In this document: positions 1-9,481 of the stretch, one piece after another
How the letters are laid out: each line of letters begins with the position of its first letter
How positions within the stretch are numbered: position 1 is the stretch's first letter
Origin: a virus
Length of the DNA: 64,000 nucleotides
Direction: 5' to 3' (one strand)
Virus record (IMG/VR): IMGVR_UViG_3300042691_032685
Coordinates: 5,530 to 69,529 of that record
Translations under genes and position numbers: made by a program
Notes under the pieces: model-generated
What the model was told of the DNA's origin: nothing
Databases searched by the model: none
What the model saw: only the letters and a program-made list of their open reading frames with translations

Positions 1-648
1 GAAAGGAATTTCTTCGATCTTTTGGCTTCCAAAGAAATGCTCCTTATTCAAGAACACTGCTGTCAGAAGGCGTTCCATCAAGAAAGCGGGGCCGCGTTTA
101 TTGTAACCACTGCGGCTCATAAAGTAATCTTTGCCTTCCTCCCAAATCGGGAGCAGGATGTCAAACACAACATCAAAATACTTTTGCATCACTTCATTTG
201 GACCCATTACCTGCAGAGTCTCAAAGAATTTTGGTTGGTTCCACATCTCAAGAAGCATTTCTTCCGTTAATGGAATCTTTTTGTCACGTGCTAGTTCCAG
301 TGAAAGTTCAACTGTTTCATCCAAGCCGCCACCATGGCCTTGAGAAAACTGTTGTTGGATAGAAAAAGGAAAGGTGACGTGACGAGGAATGTACAACGTA
401 TCGTCCTTCGCTTGACTTAAGCAGCGTTCTTCCCAATTCCGCCGGTAATTAACAACACCAAAGAAAGAATTCTCGCATTCATTCCATAAGGTGTACATGC
501 ACGTCAACTCAGCCCAGTAGGGATTAACGTCGGCATGCTCTCCTTGATCTCCGTAAAACGGAATAACTTTTGCGTTGGAATCAAACCGTACTGGCGAACC
601 CTCTAAGCACACGGCATAAAGAGTAATGTCGCTGGCTTGTAACTTCAT
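1..648 (-). CDS. DUF4422-like glycosyltransferase-associated protein, runs off the window start
   Basis: Not in ORF track; manual translation MKLQASDITLYAVC...DVNPYWAELTCMYTLWNECENSFFGVVNYRR matches the DUF4422 N-P-x-x-x-E-L-T...YRR motif; ATGA overlap with upstream gene. Confidence 0.7.
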   Translation of the reverse strand, partial: MKLQASDITLYAVCLEGSPVRFDSNAKVIPFYGDQGEHADVNPYWAELTCMYTLWNECENSFFGVVNYRRNWEERCLSQAKDDTLYIPRHVTFPFSIQQQFSQGHGGGLDETVELSLELARDKKIPLTEEMLLEMWNQPKFFETLQVMGPNEVMQKYFDVVFDILLPIWEEGKDYFMSRSGYNKRGPAFLMERLLTAVFLNKEHFFGSQKIEEIPF

Positions 649-1310
649 TTGATAATCTCGCTGGAGAAGTAAGCCCCAGGGCGGAATTCAGACTTGGTGT
701 TGATACTAGCAGCTTCTTCTGCTTCGTAATATAAAGAAACGGGAGCAATACGAAAGTCCATTGACACCATTGTCTTATCTGTTTGGTTTGGCTCAGAGCC
801 GTGCAAACAATCAATGTGATCAAATGAAAACAACGTGCCGTATGGACACTCAAGTGTGACGTACTCTCCAGAGCCTGGTTTAGTTTCAGTGCGCAAACCT
901 GCTTCACCTACGTAATTGGCAAGACCTAGGTTGAAATTGACTTCATAAGCTTGGTGTTTATAGTACGAATCTTTGTGATACTCGCCTACAAAACAATTAC
1001 CGGGTAAACCGATACGAAAAGTAGGAATTGTTTGATAGTAAAAAGGTTCACCAATGATCGGGCGTATACAGTCGTTGATTAAATTCCTGTATAGATAACC
1101 AATGCTCTGTTGAAAGTTCGCATAAAAGACCCGGTGTGCCAGGGTCTTTTGGCAAGTTTGTAGGTTTACGCGTTCAAAGGTGCCAAGCTGCTCATGCAAA
1201 TCTTCTAAGGGGCAGCCGAATAGCTTTTCAATCTCCTGTTTAAAGCAATAGAAAGACTTGTCATAAGCAAACGTCTTGCAGTGCAGCTGTTTACGCAGCT
1301 TATTTTCCAT
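645..1310 (-). CDS. StrG-like 2OG-Fe(II) oxygenase
   Basis: HKD...H facial triad (YHKDSYY, CLHGS) and terminal SMDFR strand. Confidence 0.65.
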   Translation of the reverse strand: MENKLRKQLHCKTFAYDKSFYCFKQEIEKLFGCPLEDLHEQLGTFERVNLQTCQKTLAHRVFYANFQQSIGYLYRNLINDCIRPIIGEPFYYQTIPTFRIGLPGNCFVGEYHKDSYYKHQAYEVNFNLGLANYVGEAGLRTETKPGSGEYVTLECPYGTLFSFDHIDCLHGSEPNQTDKTMVSMDFRIAPVSLYYEAEEAASINTKSEFRPGAYFSSEIIK

Positions 1311-1448
1311 TGCTCAAATTACAGATCTATCCGAGTATACGAAATTTCTTTCTTTTGTAAATCGGTTTCGTAATCGTCGGCCTCAATGGTTTCTACATCC
1401 TCGAACGCAAGGTCCTTAAAACAACCAGTGCGACAGTCATCATCAAAA

Positions 1449-1691
1449 TCAAAATAGAATCTCGTTAAGTTTGATCCCATGGGTTGCGCACCAAATAAGA
1501 AGAAAAGTCAGTGTCAGCATGGCAAGACGGCCATTGACGCGTTCGGCGTACCAGAGGTGATCATCAAAGTTAGTGTGCCACTTCCAGAAGCGGAGATCAG
1601 GTGACATCTCCAGGACCCACTCCCAAAAGGCAGGAAGCAGCCACCCAAGACAAGAAACGTAGCCTTGGATGCTGAGAAAAAATTTATTCAT
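1449..1691 (-). CDS. hli: High-light-inducible protein (Hli/CAB-like)
   Basis: AERVNGRLAM chlorophyll-binding motif followed by a hydrophobic helix. Confidence 0.8.
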   Translation of the reverse strand: MNKFFLSIQGYVSCLGWLLPAFWEWVLEMSPDLRFWKWHTNFDDHLWYAERVNGRLAMLTLTFLLIWCATHGIKLNEILF

Positions 1692-1792
1692 TGCCGGGAA
1701 GCAACTTCCATGAAGAACAGGTATGCATCCATGCTAATAACCACTAACATTGCCCCAAGGATCGAGGCAATCGCGTAATTAAAACCGTCCAT
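1688..1792 (-). CDS. 34-aa single-pass membrane peptide
   Basis: MDGFNYAIASILGAMLVVISMDAYLFFMEVASRQ; ATGA coupling to hli. Confidence 0.5.
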   Translation of the reverse strand: MDGFNYAIASILGAMLVVISMDAYLFFMEVASRQ

Positions 1793-1842
1793 ACACAACC
1801 TTGATTTATATGTTAAGTTAGCAGCAATATACAAAACCATCA

Positions 1843-2697
1843 ATGGTTGCTAAACTGAATACATCAGATCCTTGGATTCAAGCCAAGGAAGAGCAACCAG
1901 AGATGATGCGGTCGCTAAACAAGACCGCAGCCAGAATTACGCTTAACGGAAAACGTCACTATACAACTCCGTTACCTACTGGGCCTGCGCCGTCCGTAAC
2001 TACAATCATTAGCGAAACAGCTTCCGAAGCAAACAAACGGAAGCTCGAAATGTGGTCGAAAGCAAATCCAGGCGTCAAAGAACAAGCGGCTGAACGAGGC
2101 ACTGCCATTCACTATGGTATGGAGCAGTACCTCAAAGGGAATAAAAATCCGGAAATCAAAGATGAATATGCAGACTTTTGGGCAGGCATGCCACCAATCC
2201 TGGATCAATTTCAGGAGGTGCTGTGGGCCGAGTCGCCAGTGCTTGATAAGTTTGACTTTACTATTGGTGCTGATGACGTTGCACGCGTCTGGGGTTGTGA
2301 CAGCGAAGGCCGTGCTTGGGCTGGCGCTCCTGATATTATTGCTGTCGCCAACAACAAACTGACGCTTGCTGACTTAAAGACCAGCGTCAAACCATACAGC
2401 CGTAAGTGGCCAAAAGATTTGGAGAAGGGGTCCCAGGAGTGGAGGGATCTTCTCGGTGGTCACATGAAATTCAAGAAGACCTGCAAACAGCTTGCGGCTT
2501 ATGACATTGCCATTGAGCAAACTCTTGGCATGACTGTACAGCAAGCAGCAATCTTGGTTTCGACGCCTGTGCGTACTCAAATATTTAAAATCTCCCGAAG
2601 ATTTTTAGATTCTCTTCGGGAGGATTGGTTGAAGATTGTAGAGGAGTATTACACGCAGATTGAGAACTGCAATGCCTACGATCCTGACCTTATCTAA
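1843..2697 (+). CDS. PD-(D/E)xK exonuclease (Cas4/exonuclease V-like)
   Basis: PSVTTII, RGTAIH, AGAPD, ADLKTS and QLAAY motifs. Confidence 0.85.
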   Translation: MVAKLNTSDPWIQAKEEQPEMMRSLNKTAARITLNGKRHYTTPLPTGPAPSVTTIISETASEANKRKLEMWSKANPGVKEQAAERGTAIHYGMEQYLKGNKNPEIKDEYADFWAGMPPILDQFQEVLWAESPVLDKFDFTIGADDVARVWGCDSEGRAWAGAPDIIAVANNKLTLADLKTSVKPYSRKWPKDLEKGSQEWRDLLGGHMKFKKTCKQLAAYDIAIEQTLGMTVQQAAILVSTPVRTQIFKISRRFLDSLREDWLKIVEEYYTQIENCNAYDPDLI

Positions 2698-3401
2698 AAA
2701 TTAAAGATCGAAGGATTCAACGACGTACGTGTTGGAAACTTATCAATAATTGCTTTAGGTGTAGTCATTGGAGGCACATAGCCAGGAGGCTTCTGTCCTG
2801 GAGCAACGCCGCCACCAATTCCAGGCATCGTTCCGCCAACCGCAGAAGAAGCGGGGAAACTAGGGACTGGTGATCCAATGGGACGAGTTGGTGCTGGGAA
2901 TCCAGCGGTTGGAGAACCGATTGGAGAAGAGGGAGGGAATGCTGGGGTTGGTGATCCAATAGGACGAGTCGGCGCAGGGAAAGCTGGAGTAGGTGAACCA
3001 ATCGGACGTGTTGGTGCTGGGAAGCCAGAAGTGGGAGAACCGATTGGAGAGGAAGGTGGGAAACTAGGAGTTGGAGAGCCGATAGGACGAGTTGGTGCGG
3101 GGAACCCAGCAGTAGGCGACCCAATCGGAGAAGATGGTGGCATTGCTGGAGTAGGCGAACCCACTGGACGCGTCGGCGCAGGAGCAGGGGCTGGTCGTCC
3201 TGCAACAGGAGTTGGACGTGCAGCTGGAGCTGGTGCTGCCTTCGATGCGGCTTTGCTAGCTTGAAGATTATTTAAAACAGATTTATAAGTATCTAAAGCA
3301 AAATTAGGAGTGTTTGCTCTTGCTGCAGGTGCGGGTGCGGGTGCAGAAGGTTTCTTTGCTGCAGGCGCAGGAGCTGCAGGTTTTTTGGGTGCCGCTGGCA
3401 T
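2694..3401 (-). CDS. Proline-rich tandem-repeat protein
   Basis: ATG at 3401 with a TATAAT box 22 nt upstream; repeats vary mainly at synonymous positions. Confidence 0.7.
   Translation of the reverse strand: MPAAPKKPAAPAPAAKKPSAPAPAPAARANTPNFALDTYKSVLNNLQASKAASKAAPAPAARPTPVAGRPAPAPAPTRPVGSPTPAMPPSSPIGSPTAGFPAPTRPIGSPTPSFPPSSPIGSPTSGFPAPTRPIGSPTPAFPAPTRPIGSPTPAFPPSSPIGSPTAGFPAPTRPIGSPVPSFPASSAVGGTMPGIGGGVAPGQKPPGYVPPMTTPKAIIDKFPTRTSLNPSIFNF
2850..3176 (-). repeat. 8 x 13-14 aa coding repeat P(T/S)(R/S)PIGSPTxxFP(A)
   Basis: Direct reading of the translation. Confidence 0.9.
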
Positions 3402-3434
3402 AATAAATATATTACTTTTGTTAATTATAAGTCC

Positions 3435-3746
3435 ATGATTAATACTCTTTTTGCGCAGATAATTCAAGAAATTATTAGGTGGTGGAATCGTGTTTGGTTT
3501 GAAGCCAAGCTAAAGGCCAGGCTTGATATGATCGAATTTGATAATCGGATCCAAGCTGAGTTAGAACGGGAACAACAAAACAAACCGATCTACCGCGAAT
3601 ATCCAATCGACCCTGTGCTCCAAACCGGTGAATCACAAAAGCTAGGTGGGGCAATGGAACTACGCGCACCTTGGTACACTGATGGCTTACAACCCGAACG
3701 GCAAGATGGAGTGCAGGAAGCGCCTGGCATGGACGATCGCCTGTGA
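3435..3746 (+). CDS. Hypothetical protein
   Basis: ORF, operon context. Confidence 0.55.
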   Translation: MINTLFAQIIQEIIRWWNRVWFEAKLKARLDMIEFDNRIQAELEREQQNKPIYREYPIDPVLQTGESQKLGGAMELRAPWYTDGLQPERQDGVQEAPGMDDRL

Positions 3747-3864
3747 GCAAGCGGTTGTAACAAAAGAAGATGCTGTACAGATTTACAACAAACTCATGAG
3801 AGAGTTTGAGGCAATGGATAAACGCAAGCAATACAAAGAACTTGAGTCCAATAAGACTCGGTGA
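3682..3864 (+). CDS. Hypothetical protein
   Basis: ATG MAYNPNG, overlaps the end of the previous ORF. Confidence 0.5.
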   Translation: MAYNPNGKMECRKRLAWTIACEQAVVTKEDAVQIYNKLMREFEAMDKRKQYKELESNKTR

Positions 3865-3936
3865 TTTAATTATTTCTTGATGGGCTCTTCAGATTGGCAG
3901 CCGTAGGATAAGGAGATACACAACCAGGCCCTCCCC

Positions 3937-4128
3937 ATGGACGTACACGTCATTGGCATGGGTGAGTGGATGAATAGTCTCATGAGTCGCATGATGAATG
4001 CGGTGGATGGGGACTGTTTTTATCTGCCCACACCGATGCACCTCCATGCTTTTCTTCTATTAAAGGAGGGCTCATTCCCGGAGCGAGACTTTAAAGTAAC
4101 AGTAAAAGACCCCGTATCTCCCCAATGA
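3937..4128 (+). CDS. Hypothetical protein
   Basis: ORF coupled (ATGA) to primase-helicase. Confidence 0.55.
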   Translation: MDVHVIGMGEWMNSLMSRMMNAVDGDCFYLPTPMHLHAFLLLKEGSFPERDFKVTVKDPVSPQ

Positions 4129-6761
4129 CGCAAAATCAATACGCCTTAAAACCTGGTGAAATCCGTCTTGACCTCATTCCGCTGGATTGGCCACTCACAC
4201 CGCTTGGGCCTAGGAAAGATCCATACCTCTCCGGTTGGCAAAACAAACCCCTTAGCGTTCAAGACATTGAACAAGAACTCGTCTCTGGTGATTGCAAAGC
4301 TGTTGGTCTACTCGGTGGGCCTGTCTACAATCATCCTTATGGTTTGGTGTGGGTTGACGTTGATGGACCAAGCGTATACCCACTTGTGGAAGAAATCTCA
4401 GGTCTTCCGTTCAACAATGCTCTTCCTCCAACACTGACGATTCTCAGTGGAAAAATCGGACGTGAACGAAAGCTTTACCGTTTAAACCGAGATAAACACA
4501 AGCATTTCCTGCGTAACAAATACACCTGGCACGGGGAAGAAAATAAAGAGAAACTTGAGATCCTCTGGAAGCGTCACCAAGGCGTGCTAATGGGGTTGCA
4601 TCCAGAAACAGATGGATACTTCACCGACGAAAATCAAGGGTTTGAATGGGTTGACAAACTACCTGAATTCCCTGATTGGCTGCTGAATGCAATCATCAAT
4701 AAAAATGTCAAGCAAGGGAAGCCGGCCCGTGAAGTAACACGGATGGTTACACCAACATCTGTTGTTCAAACCGTTATTGAGCTGGATCGCGACATCCAGG
4801 TAGCCAAAGAGGCTATGTGGGGTATGCCTCCAGAAGCCTGTGATGACTACGACATCTGGATCACAGTTGGTCAGTCGCTTCATTCACTGGATGAAAGCCT
4901 GTTGGATGAGTGGGATAACTGGTCTCGGCAATCAGATAAGTATCAAGAAGGTGAGTGTCATCGGCGCTGGCTTTCCTTTAGTCGTGGTGGTGGACGAACT
5001 CTTGGTTCTTTGATTCATGTTGCTCAGGAGAATGGGTGGCAGCAATCAAAAGATCACCTGGCAATGAATGTTGATGACGCAACGCTGGAGCACGTTGCTG
5101 AACTGGCAAAACAAATTGACGAAGATTTAAAACAAATGGCGCTTTCTCAGAAAACATTTGATCAAAACACTGTTGATAGCTGGAATACAAAGAGCCGTAC
5201 GCTGGAGCAGCGCACGAGTAAAAAGCAAGAACAAGAAAAAAAGGAAAGGATTTCATCTGACCTGGTATCGGATAAAGTGTTTGCCATGTATACCGGCAAT
5301 CTCCGGTACAGTCAACCCCATGGTCAGTTCTTCTTATATAACTACCGCAAAGGACTTTGGGAGCCTCTGACCAAGATTGAAATGCTTGGTGACATCAGGG
5401 AAAAACTTAAAGTCCTTGTGGAAACAGAAGAAAACTTTAAGGGTTTCAGCACAAACCTAATGAATGATGTATATGCTCAACTGCAATCCATCATTCCTTT
5501 TGATGAATGGTACGACGGTTCGGACTACCTTCTCTTCACAAACGGTGTCTTGGATGTGGGTACCAGGCAGCTACTGCCTTTTGATAAAAATCTGTACCTT
5601 ATTCAGCAGATGCCCTATGAATACGATCCGTCTGCTACATGTGAAGACATCATTAAATGGCTGAAACATACGCAACACGACAGCTGGCATCGTGCTCAAG
5701 TTCTTCGTGCGTGGCTGCGGGCAACACTGCTTGGACGCTATGAAATCCAAAAGTTTGTTGAGATTGTGGGTCCTGGTAAATCGGGCAAATCCACCTATGC
5801 AAACCTCGCAGTAGCACTGGTTGGTAAACAAAATACTTACTCAACGGACTTTGAAAACCTGGAGAAAAACCGCTTTGAAGCAGCAAGCTATATGGGTAAA
5901 AAGCTTCTGCTGTTCCAAGATGCAGACCGCTGGGGTGGTTCCGTTTCCAAACTAAAAGCCATCACCGGTAACGACTGGATCCGTTCGGAACGCAAGTACC
6001 AAAGCGAAAGTCAAGATCCATTCCAGTACCACGGGATGGTGATGATCACAGCCAATGAAGCAATTCAGTCCACTGATTACACTTCTGGTCTCGCTCGCCG
6101 TCGTCTCACTATTCCGTTTGATCGTCCATTTACTGGAGGGCAAGCCGAACAAAAAGAACTCATTAAATTTGACTCCAAGGGGAATCCAGAGGGTGTCTTT
6201 GCTCCCTTGCTGCCAGGTCTTGTGAACTGGCTTCTGGATATGCAAGAGGAGGATATGCGTTCCTACCTCATGGAAACCGGCAAAAACGTCAGCTTCTTTC
6301 AGAAGTACGAGAAGACGCAAAGTCTGCGTTCCAACCCGCTGCTTGATTGGATGGATCACAAGGTTGTCTTTGATCCGGACATCTCGACACCGGTTGGTTT
6401 CTGTAAGATCCAGGCCGGTGGTGGATCTGGTTACTACACCAACTGGAACAAATGGCTGTACGCAAGCTATGCAGAATTCTGCCGTAGCTGTAACGTTGGC
6501 ATCATGTCACGTGGTCGTTTTGAACCACTCTTCCTTGACATCTGCCGTCACCAGCTGAAGATCAATGTCTACGGCACCAAAAACAGCAAGGGTCTCCGCA
6601 TCATCAATGCTGCCGTACGTGAATCCAATGAGACCAAGTACGACGGCTATCCGTCCATCGTTGAAGTCGCCGCAAATCCTGAAAAATACAAGGAGTTCTA
6701 CGGAACCGTGCTAACAACAACTACGGATGAGATAATGGATGAAAACGCACCAGACATGTGA
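4125..6761 (+). CDS. Primase-helicase: Prim-Pol + PriCT-2 + D5-like SF3 helicase
   Basis: VDVD primase motif; DDYDIWITVGQSLH PriCT-2; GPGKSGKST Walker A; LKAITGND. Confidence 0.92.
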   Translation: MTQNQYALKPGEIRLDLIPLDWPLTPLGPRKDPYLSGWQNKPLSVQDIEQELVSGDCKAVGLLGGPVYNHPYGLVWVDVDGPSVYPLVEEISGLPFNNALPPTLTILSGKIGRERKLYRLNRDKHKHFLRNKYTWHGEENKEKLEILWKRHQGVLMGLHPETDGYFTDENQGFEWVDKLPEFPDWLLNAIINKNVKQGKPAREVTRMVTPTSVVQTVIELDRDIQVAKEAMWGMPPEACDDYDIWITVGQSLHSLDESLLDEWDNWSRQSDKYQEGECHRRWLSFSRGGGRTLGSLIHVAQENGWQQSKDHLAMNVDDATLEHVAELAKQIDEDLKQMALSQKTFDQNTVDSWNTKSRTLEQRTSKKQEQEKKERISSDLVSDKVFAMYTGNLRYSQPHGQFFLYNYRKGLWEPLTKIEMLGDIREKLKVLVETEENFKGFSTNLMNDVYAQLQSIIPFDEWYDGSDYLLFTNGVLDVGTRQLLPFDKNLYLIQQMPYEYDPSATCEDIIKWLKHTQHDSWHRAQVLRAWLRATLLGRYEIQKFVEIVGPGKSGKSTYANLAVALVGKQNTYSTDFENLEKNRFEAASYMGKKLLLFQDADRWGGSVSKLKAITGNDWIRSERKYQSESQDPFQYHGMVMITANEAIQSTDYTSGLARRRLTIPFDRPFTGGQAEQKELIKFDSKGNPEGVFAPLLPGLVNWLLDMQEEDMRSYLMETGKNVSFFQKYEKTQSLRSNPLLDWMDHKVVFDPDISTPVGFCKIQAGGGSGYYTNWNKWLYASYAEFCRSCNVGIMSRGRFEPLFLDICRHQLKINVYGTKNSKGLRIINAAVRESNETKYDGYPSIVEVAANPEKYKEFYGTVLTTTTDEIMDENAPDM

Positions 6762-7117
6762 GTAACGGTCGCCATTTAATCTTGGATCTCTACGACTGCG
6801 ATCCAGAGATCCTCGATGATTACAAGGAGCTTCAACGATTGCTTGAAGCTTCTCTTGTAATGGCTGGTGCAAACATCCTTCGGATTATTGGGGAAAAGTT
6901 TGAACCGCAAGGCGTTACCCTCTTGGCGCTTCTTGCTGAGTCGCATGCTTCCATTCATACGTGGCCGGAGATGAAGTATGCAGCAATCGATCTCTACACC
7001 TGTGGTGACAAAACACAAACCCACAAAGCAGCTGAGTTTTTGAAAAGTAAACTCAAAGCGCAAAACATTGATGAAAAGGAATTGGTAAGATCAGTTACTC
7101 CTTTAAATTGTGTATAG
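6758..7117 (+). CDS. speD: S-adenosylmethionine decarboxylase proenzyme
   Basis: GRHLILDLYDC, FEPQGVT, LAESHASIHTWPE, DLYTCG. Confidence 0.93.
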   Translation: MSNGRHLILDLYDCDPEILDDYKELQRLLEASLVMAGANILRIIGEKFEPQGVTLLALLAESHASIHTWPEMKYAAIDLYTCGDKTQTHKAAEFLKSKLKAQNIDEKELVRSVTPLNCV

Positions 7118-7141
7118 TTAGTCCAGAGAAATCTGGATGAA

Positions 7142-8410
7142 ATGTCTAAAAAACCTAAGCTGCTCTGGTCTGGCGATATTATTGCCATGACTGGATTTGC
7201 TCGTGTCACTGAAAACGTACTTGAACGGATCTGTGATGAGTATGAGGTGGTTGTTCTTGGTAATAACTACTGGGGTGACCCGCATCCGTTATGCAGTAAA
7301 TACAAGATCTACCCTTCTTCCAACCGGTTCCAGCAGGCGCCTTTCGGTGAGCAGCGCATTCGTGAGGTTGTTGAAACTGAAAAGCCAGACCTTGTCTTCG
7401 TAATGAATGACCTGTGGATCTTGAACGAGATCTATAGACAAATTGCAGACATCCACAAGACCGGTGCTTTTAAATTTGTGGGCTACTACCCCATGGACTC
7501 CTACGCATGGCTCGGTTGTCTACTTGACACCATGAACGAGTGGGATGCCTCAATCTGTTACACAGAATTTGGAGCGAAAGAAATTGTACGAGCCGGATAC
7601 ACAAAGCCGATTGCTATCATTCCTCATGGCGTCACTCAAGGTCAGTTTACCCCAGGGGACAAAAAGGAAGCACGGAGGCAACTGGGACTAGATGAAAATG
7701 ATTTCATTGTGTTTAACGGTAACCGTAACCAATTCCGTAAACGTATTGACATCACAGTCGAAGCCTTTGCCAAATTTGCTGTAGGCCGTCCTGACGCAAA
7801 GCTTTACCTACACATGGGACTTAAAGACCAAGGCTGGGACATTATGCCGATGTTTGGTCGTGCCATGAGTCGTAATGGTCTTGATCCAAATGGTCGCATC
7901 GTCATGACTGCGCCTTCTATGCAACCGCCAAACGTACCGGTAGAAGCTTTAAACATCATCTACAACGCTGCTGACGTTGGCGTTAATACTTGCAAAGGCG
8001 AAGGTCATGGTCTTGTCAACCATGAGCACGCATCCTGTCGCGTGGCACAGGTGGTACCTGATCACACGTCCTGCAAAGAGATCTTTGAGGGCTACGGCAA
8101 GCTCATTCGCTGCGAGCACATAGATGTAGATGTCAATTTCGGTCGTGAGATGCCATGCCCCTCGGTTGATCACTTGGCTGAGCTTCTTGCTGAACTCTAT
8201 GAGGACCGTGAAGAGCTGGATCGCGTGGCTCAAGCATGCTATGAACGCTCCACAAGTGAAATTTATAGCTGGGACGTGGTGGTAAAGCAATTCCAGGAGC
8301 TGTTTACTGACGTATTGAAGGGGACTTTCTGTGTAGAGGAGGCCAAGCCAGTGAGCGAAAAGAAAAAGAAAAAACGCAAACCTAAGGAAACTCTGGCGTT
8401 TGCCGTCTAA
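7142..8410 (+). CDS. GT4-family (GT-B) glycosyltransferase
   Basis: TGFARV, NRNQFRKRID, YNAADV...EGHGLVNHE (ExxGxxxxE). Confidence 0.88.
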   Translation: MSKKPKLLWSGDIIAMTGFARVTENVLERICDEYEVVVLGNNYWGDPHPLCSKYKIYPSSNRFQQAPFGEQRIREVVETEKPDLVFVMNDLWILNEIYRQIADIHKTGAFKFVGYYPMDSYAWLGCLLDTMNEWDASICYTEFGAKEIVRAGYTKPIAIIPHGVTQGQFTPGDKKEARRQLGLDENDFIVFNGNRNQFRKRIDITVEAFAKFAVGRPDAKLYLHMGLKDQGWDIMPMFGRAMSRNGLDPNGRIVMTAPSMQPPNVPVEALNIIYNAADVGVNTCKGEGHGLVNHEHASCRVAQVVPDHTSCKEIFEGYGKLIRCEHIDVDVNFGREMPCPSVDHLAELLAELYEDREELDRVAQACYERSTSEIYSWDVVVKQFQELFTDVLKGTFCVEEAKPVSEKKKKKRKPKETLAFAV

Positions 8411-8434
8411 ACTGCCGCCGGAGACCTCGGGTGG

Positions 8435-8462
8435 AGACCTCTGCTTCGGCAGGGGTCTTTTT
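8435..8462 (+). terminator. Rho-independent terminator
   Basis: AGACCTCTGC-TTCG-GCAGGGGTCT followed by a T run after the GT4 stop. Confidence 0.85.
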
Positions 8463-8512
8463 ATGTCCCCTGGTCTCACCAGTATCACGTAAGTCTTGGT
8501 TTAAGGCTTCCA

Positions 8513-8745
8513 AGGGGGGTGTGGTTGGTCGGACTTTGGTCGAACTTTCCGACTTTCGGGGTCGTTTTATCTTTAATCACACGAGGCCCATACACTTTGG
8601 GGGGTCAAGTTGTATGGGGTGTTTCATGATGAGTCTTGCTTTGTCTCACGGTAAGAATCACATACACTTTAACCCCCCGAAATGTATGGGGCTTCTTAGA
8701 ATAAAGATGAAATGGGGGTCAAAGTCGGAAAGTCCGACCTCCCCT
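8513..8745. repeat. Long imperfect inverted repeat with nested palindromic sites (candidate replication origin)
   Basis: 8538-8556 vs 8721-8739 complementary at 18/19; two CATACA-N16-TGTATG sites 72 bp apart. Confidence 0.8.
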
Positions 8746-8764
8746 GCACGCATCATTTCAATTC

Positions 8765-9481
8765 ATGGCAAACATTCCCAAAAAGATCGCCTCTCTGGTA
8801 AGGGAGCACGAGACTTTTCGCCATGTACCCAACGTGGAGGCGTTAAGCAAGGACGAATTAACGCAGTACGGCTTGTATCAGGGCTACCCCTGCGCCCATG
8901 GACACACCATTCGTTCCGTTGATGAGCACTGGTGTTACCTATGTGCCACAAAGATTCGTGACAATATCTGTGGCTTTGACCTGAACTACATGCATGAGGA
9001 GTACAAACGCAAGTACTCAGAGCTTTGGAGCCAGATTCCCGTAGGCCCGGTGGAGAACTGCTGGGAAGCGCCCGCACTCACCAAGAAAAGGATCTGCATG
9101 CCCTCCTACAGGGCGCTGTACTCAAGGGACAAGTCCACAAACGTCAACGCTCACAAGGCGATTTATCAGTGCGCCTGGGGCGACGTGGGTTCGATGTTCG
9201 TGACGAGGGTCTGCGGGAACAAACACTGTCTCAATCCACTTCACTTAGTCTCAAGTTGGAACCGACTTTTCCCGCCAACCACGATCAGTCCTTTTGATTA
9301 CGAGTTCAAACCGGAGAAGCTCATGCAGTTTGCACGGTCTCAAGATGAGTCTCAAATAAAAATACTGAGGGAGCGTGGGTACAAGCAGACGATCCAGCAC
9401 CCTTTGGTACACCGGAATTGCCCGGATTATGATGAGGAATACAGGCAGTATTACAACATAGAATGGCAAGAAACCAAGTAA
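8765..9481 (+). CDS. His-Cys box/HNH-like Zn-binding nuclease-fold protein
   Basis: CAHGH...CYLC N-terminal Zn motif; CW...AHK...CGNKHCLNPLHL. Confidence 0.65.
   Translation: MANIPKKIASLVREHETFRHVPNVEALSKDELTQYGLYQGYPCAHGHTIRSVDEHWCYLCATKIRDNICGFDLNYMHEEYKRKYSELWSQIPVGPVENCWEAPALTKKRICMPSYRALYSRDKSTNVNAHKAIYQCAWGDVGSMFVTRVCGNKHCLNPLHLVSSWNRLFPPTTISPFDYEFKPEKLMQFARSQDESQIKILRERGYKQTIQHPLVHRNCPDYDEEYRQYYNIEWQETK

Noticed and set aside
1843-2697. Cas4-like nuclease as sign of a CRISPR system
   Set aside because: No repeat-spacer array or other cas genes seen; stand-alone phage exonuclease
2765-3264. Alternative-frame and antisense ORFs in the Pro-rich repeat, one collagen-like
   Set aside because: By-products of the repeat; synonymous variation supports the Pro-rich frame
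8431-8922. 163-aa ORF across the terminator and dyad region
   Set aside because: Crosses a terminator and palindromes, with no recognisable protein features
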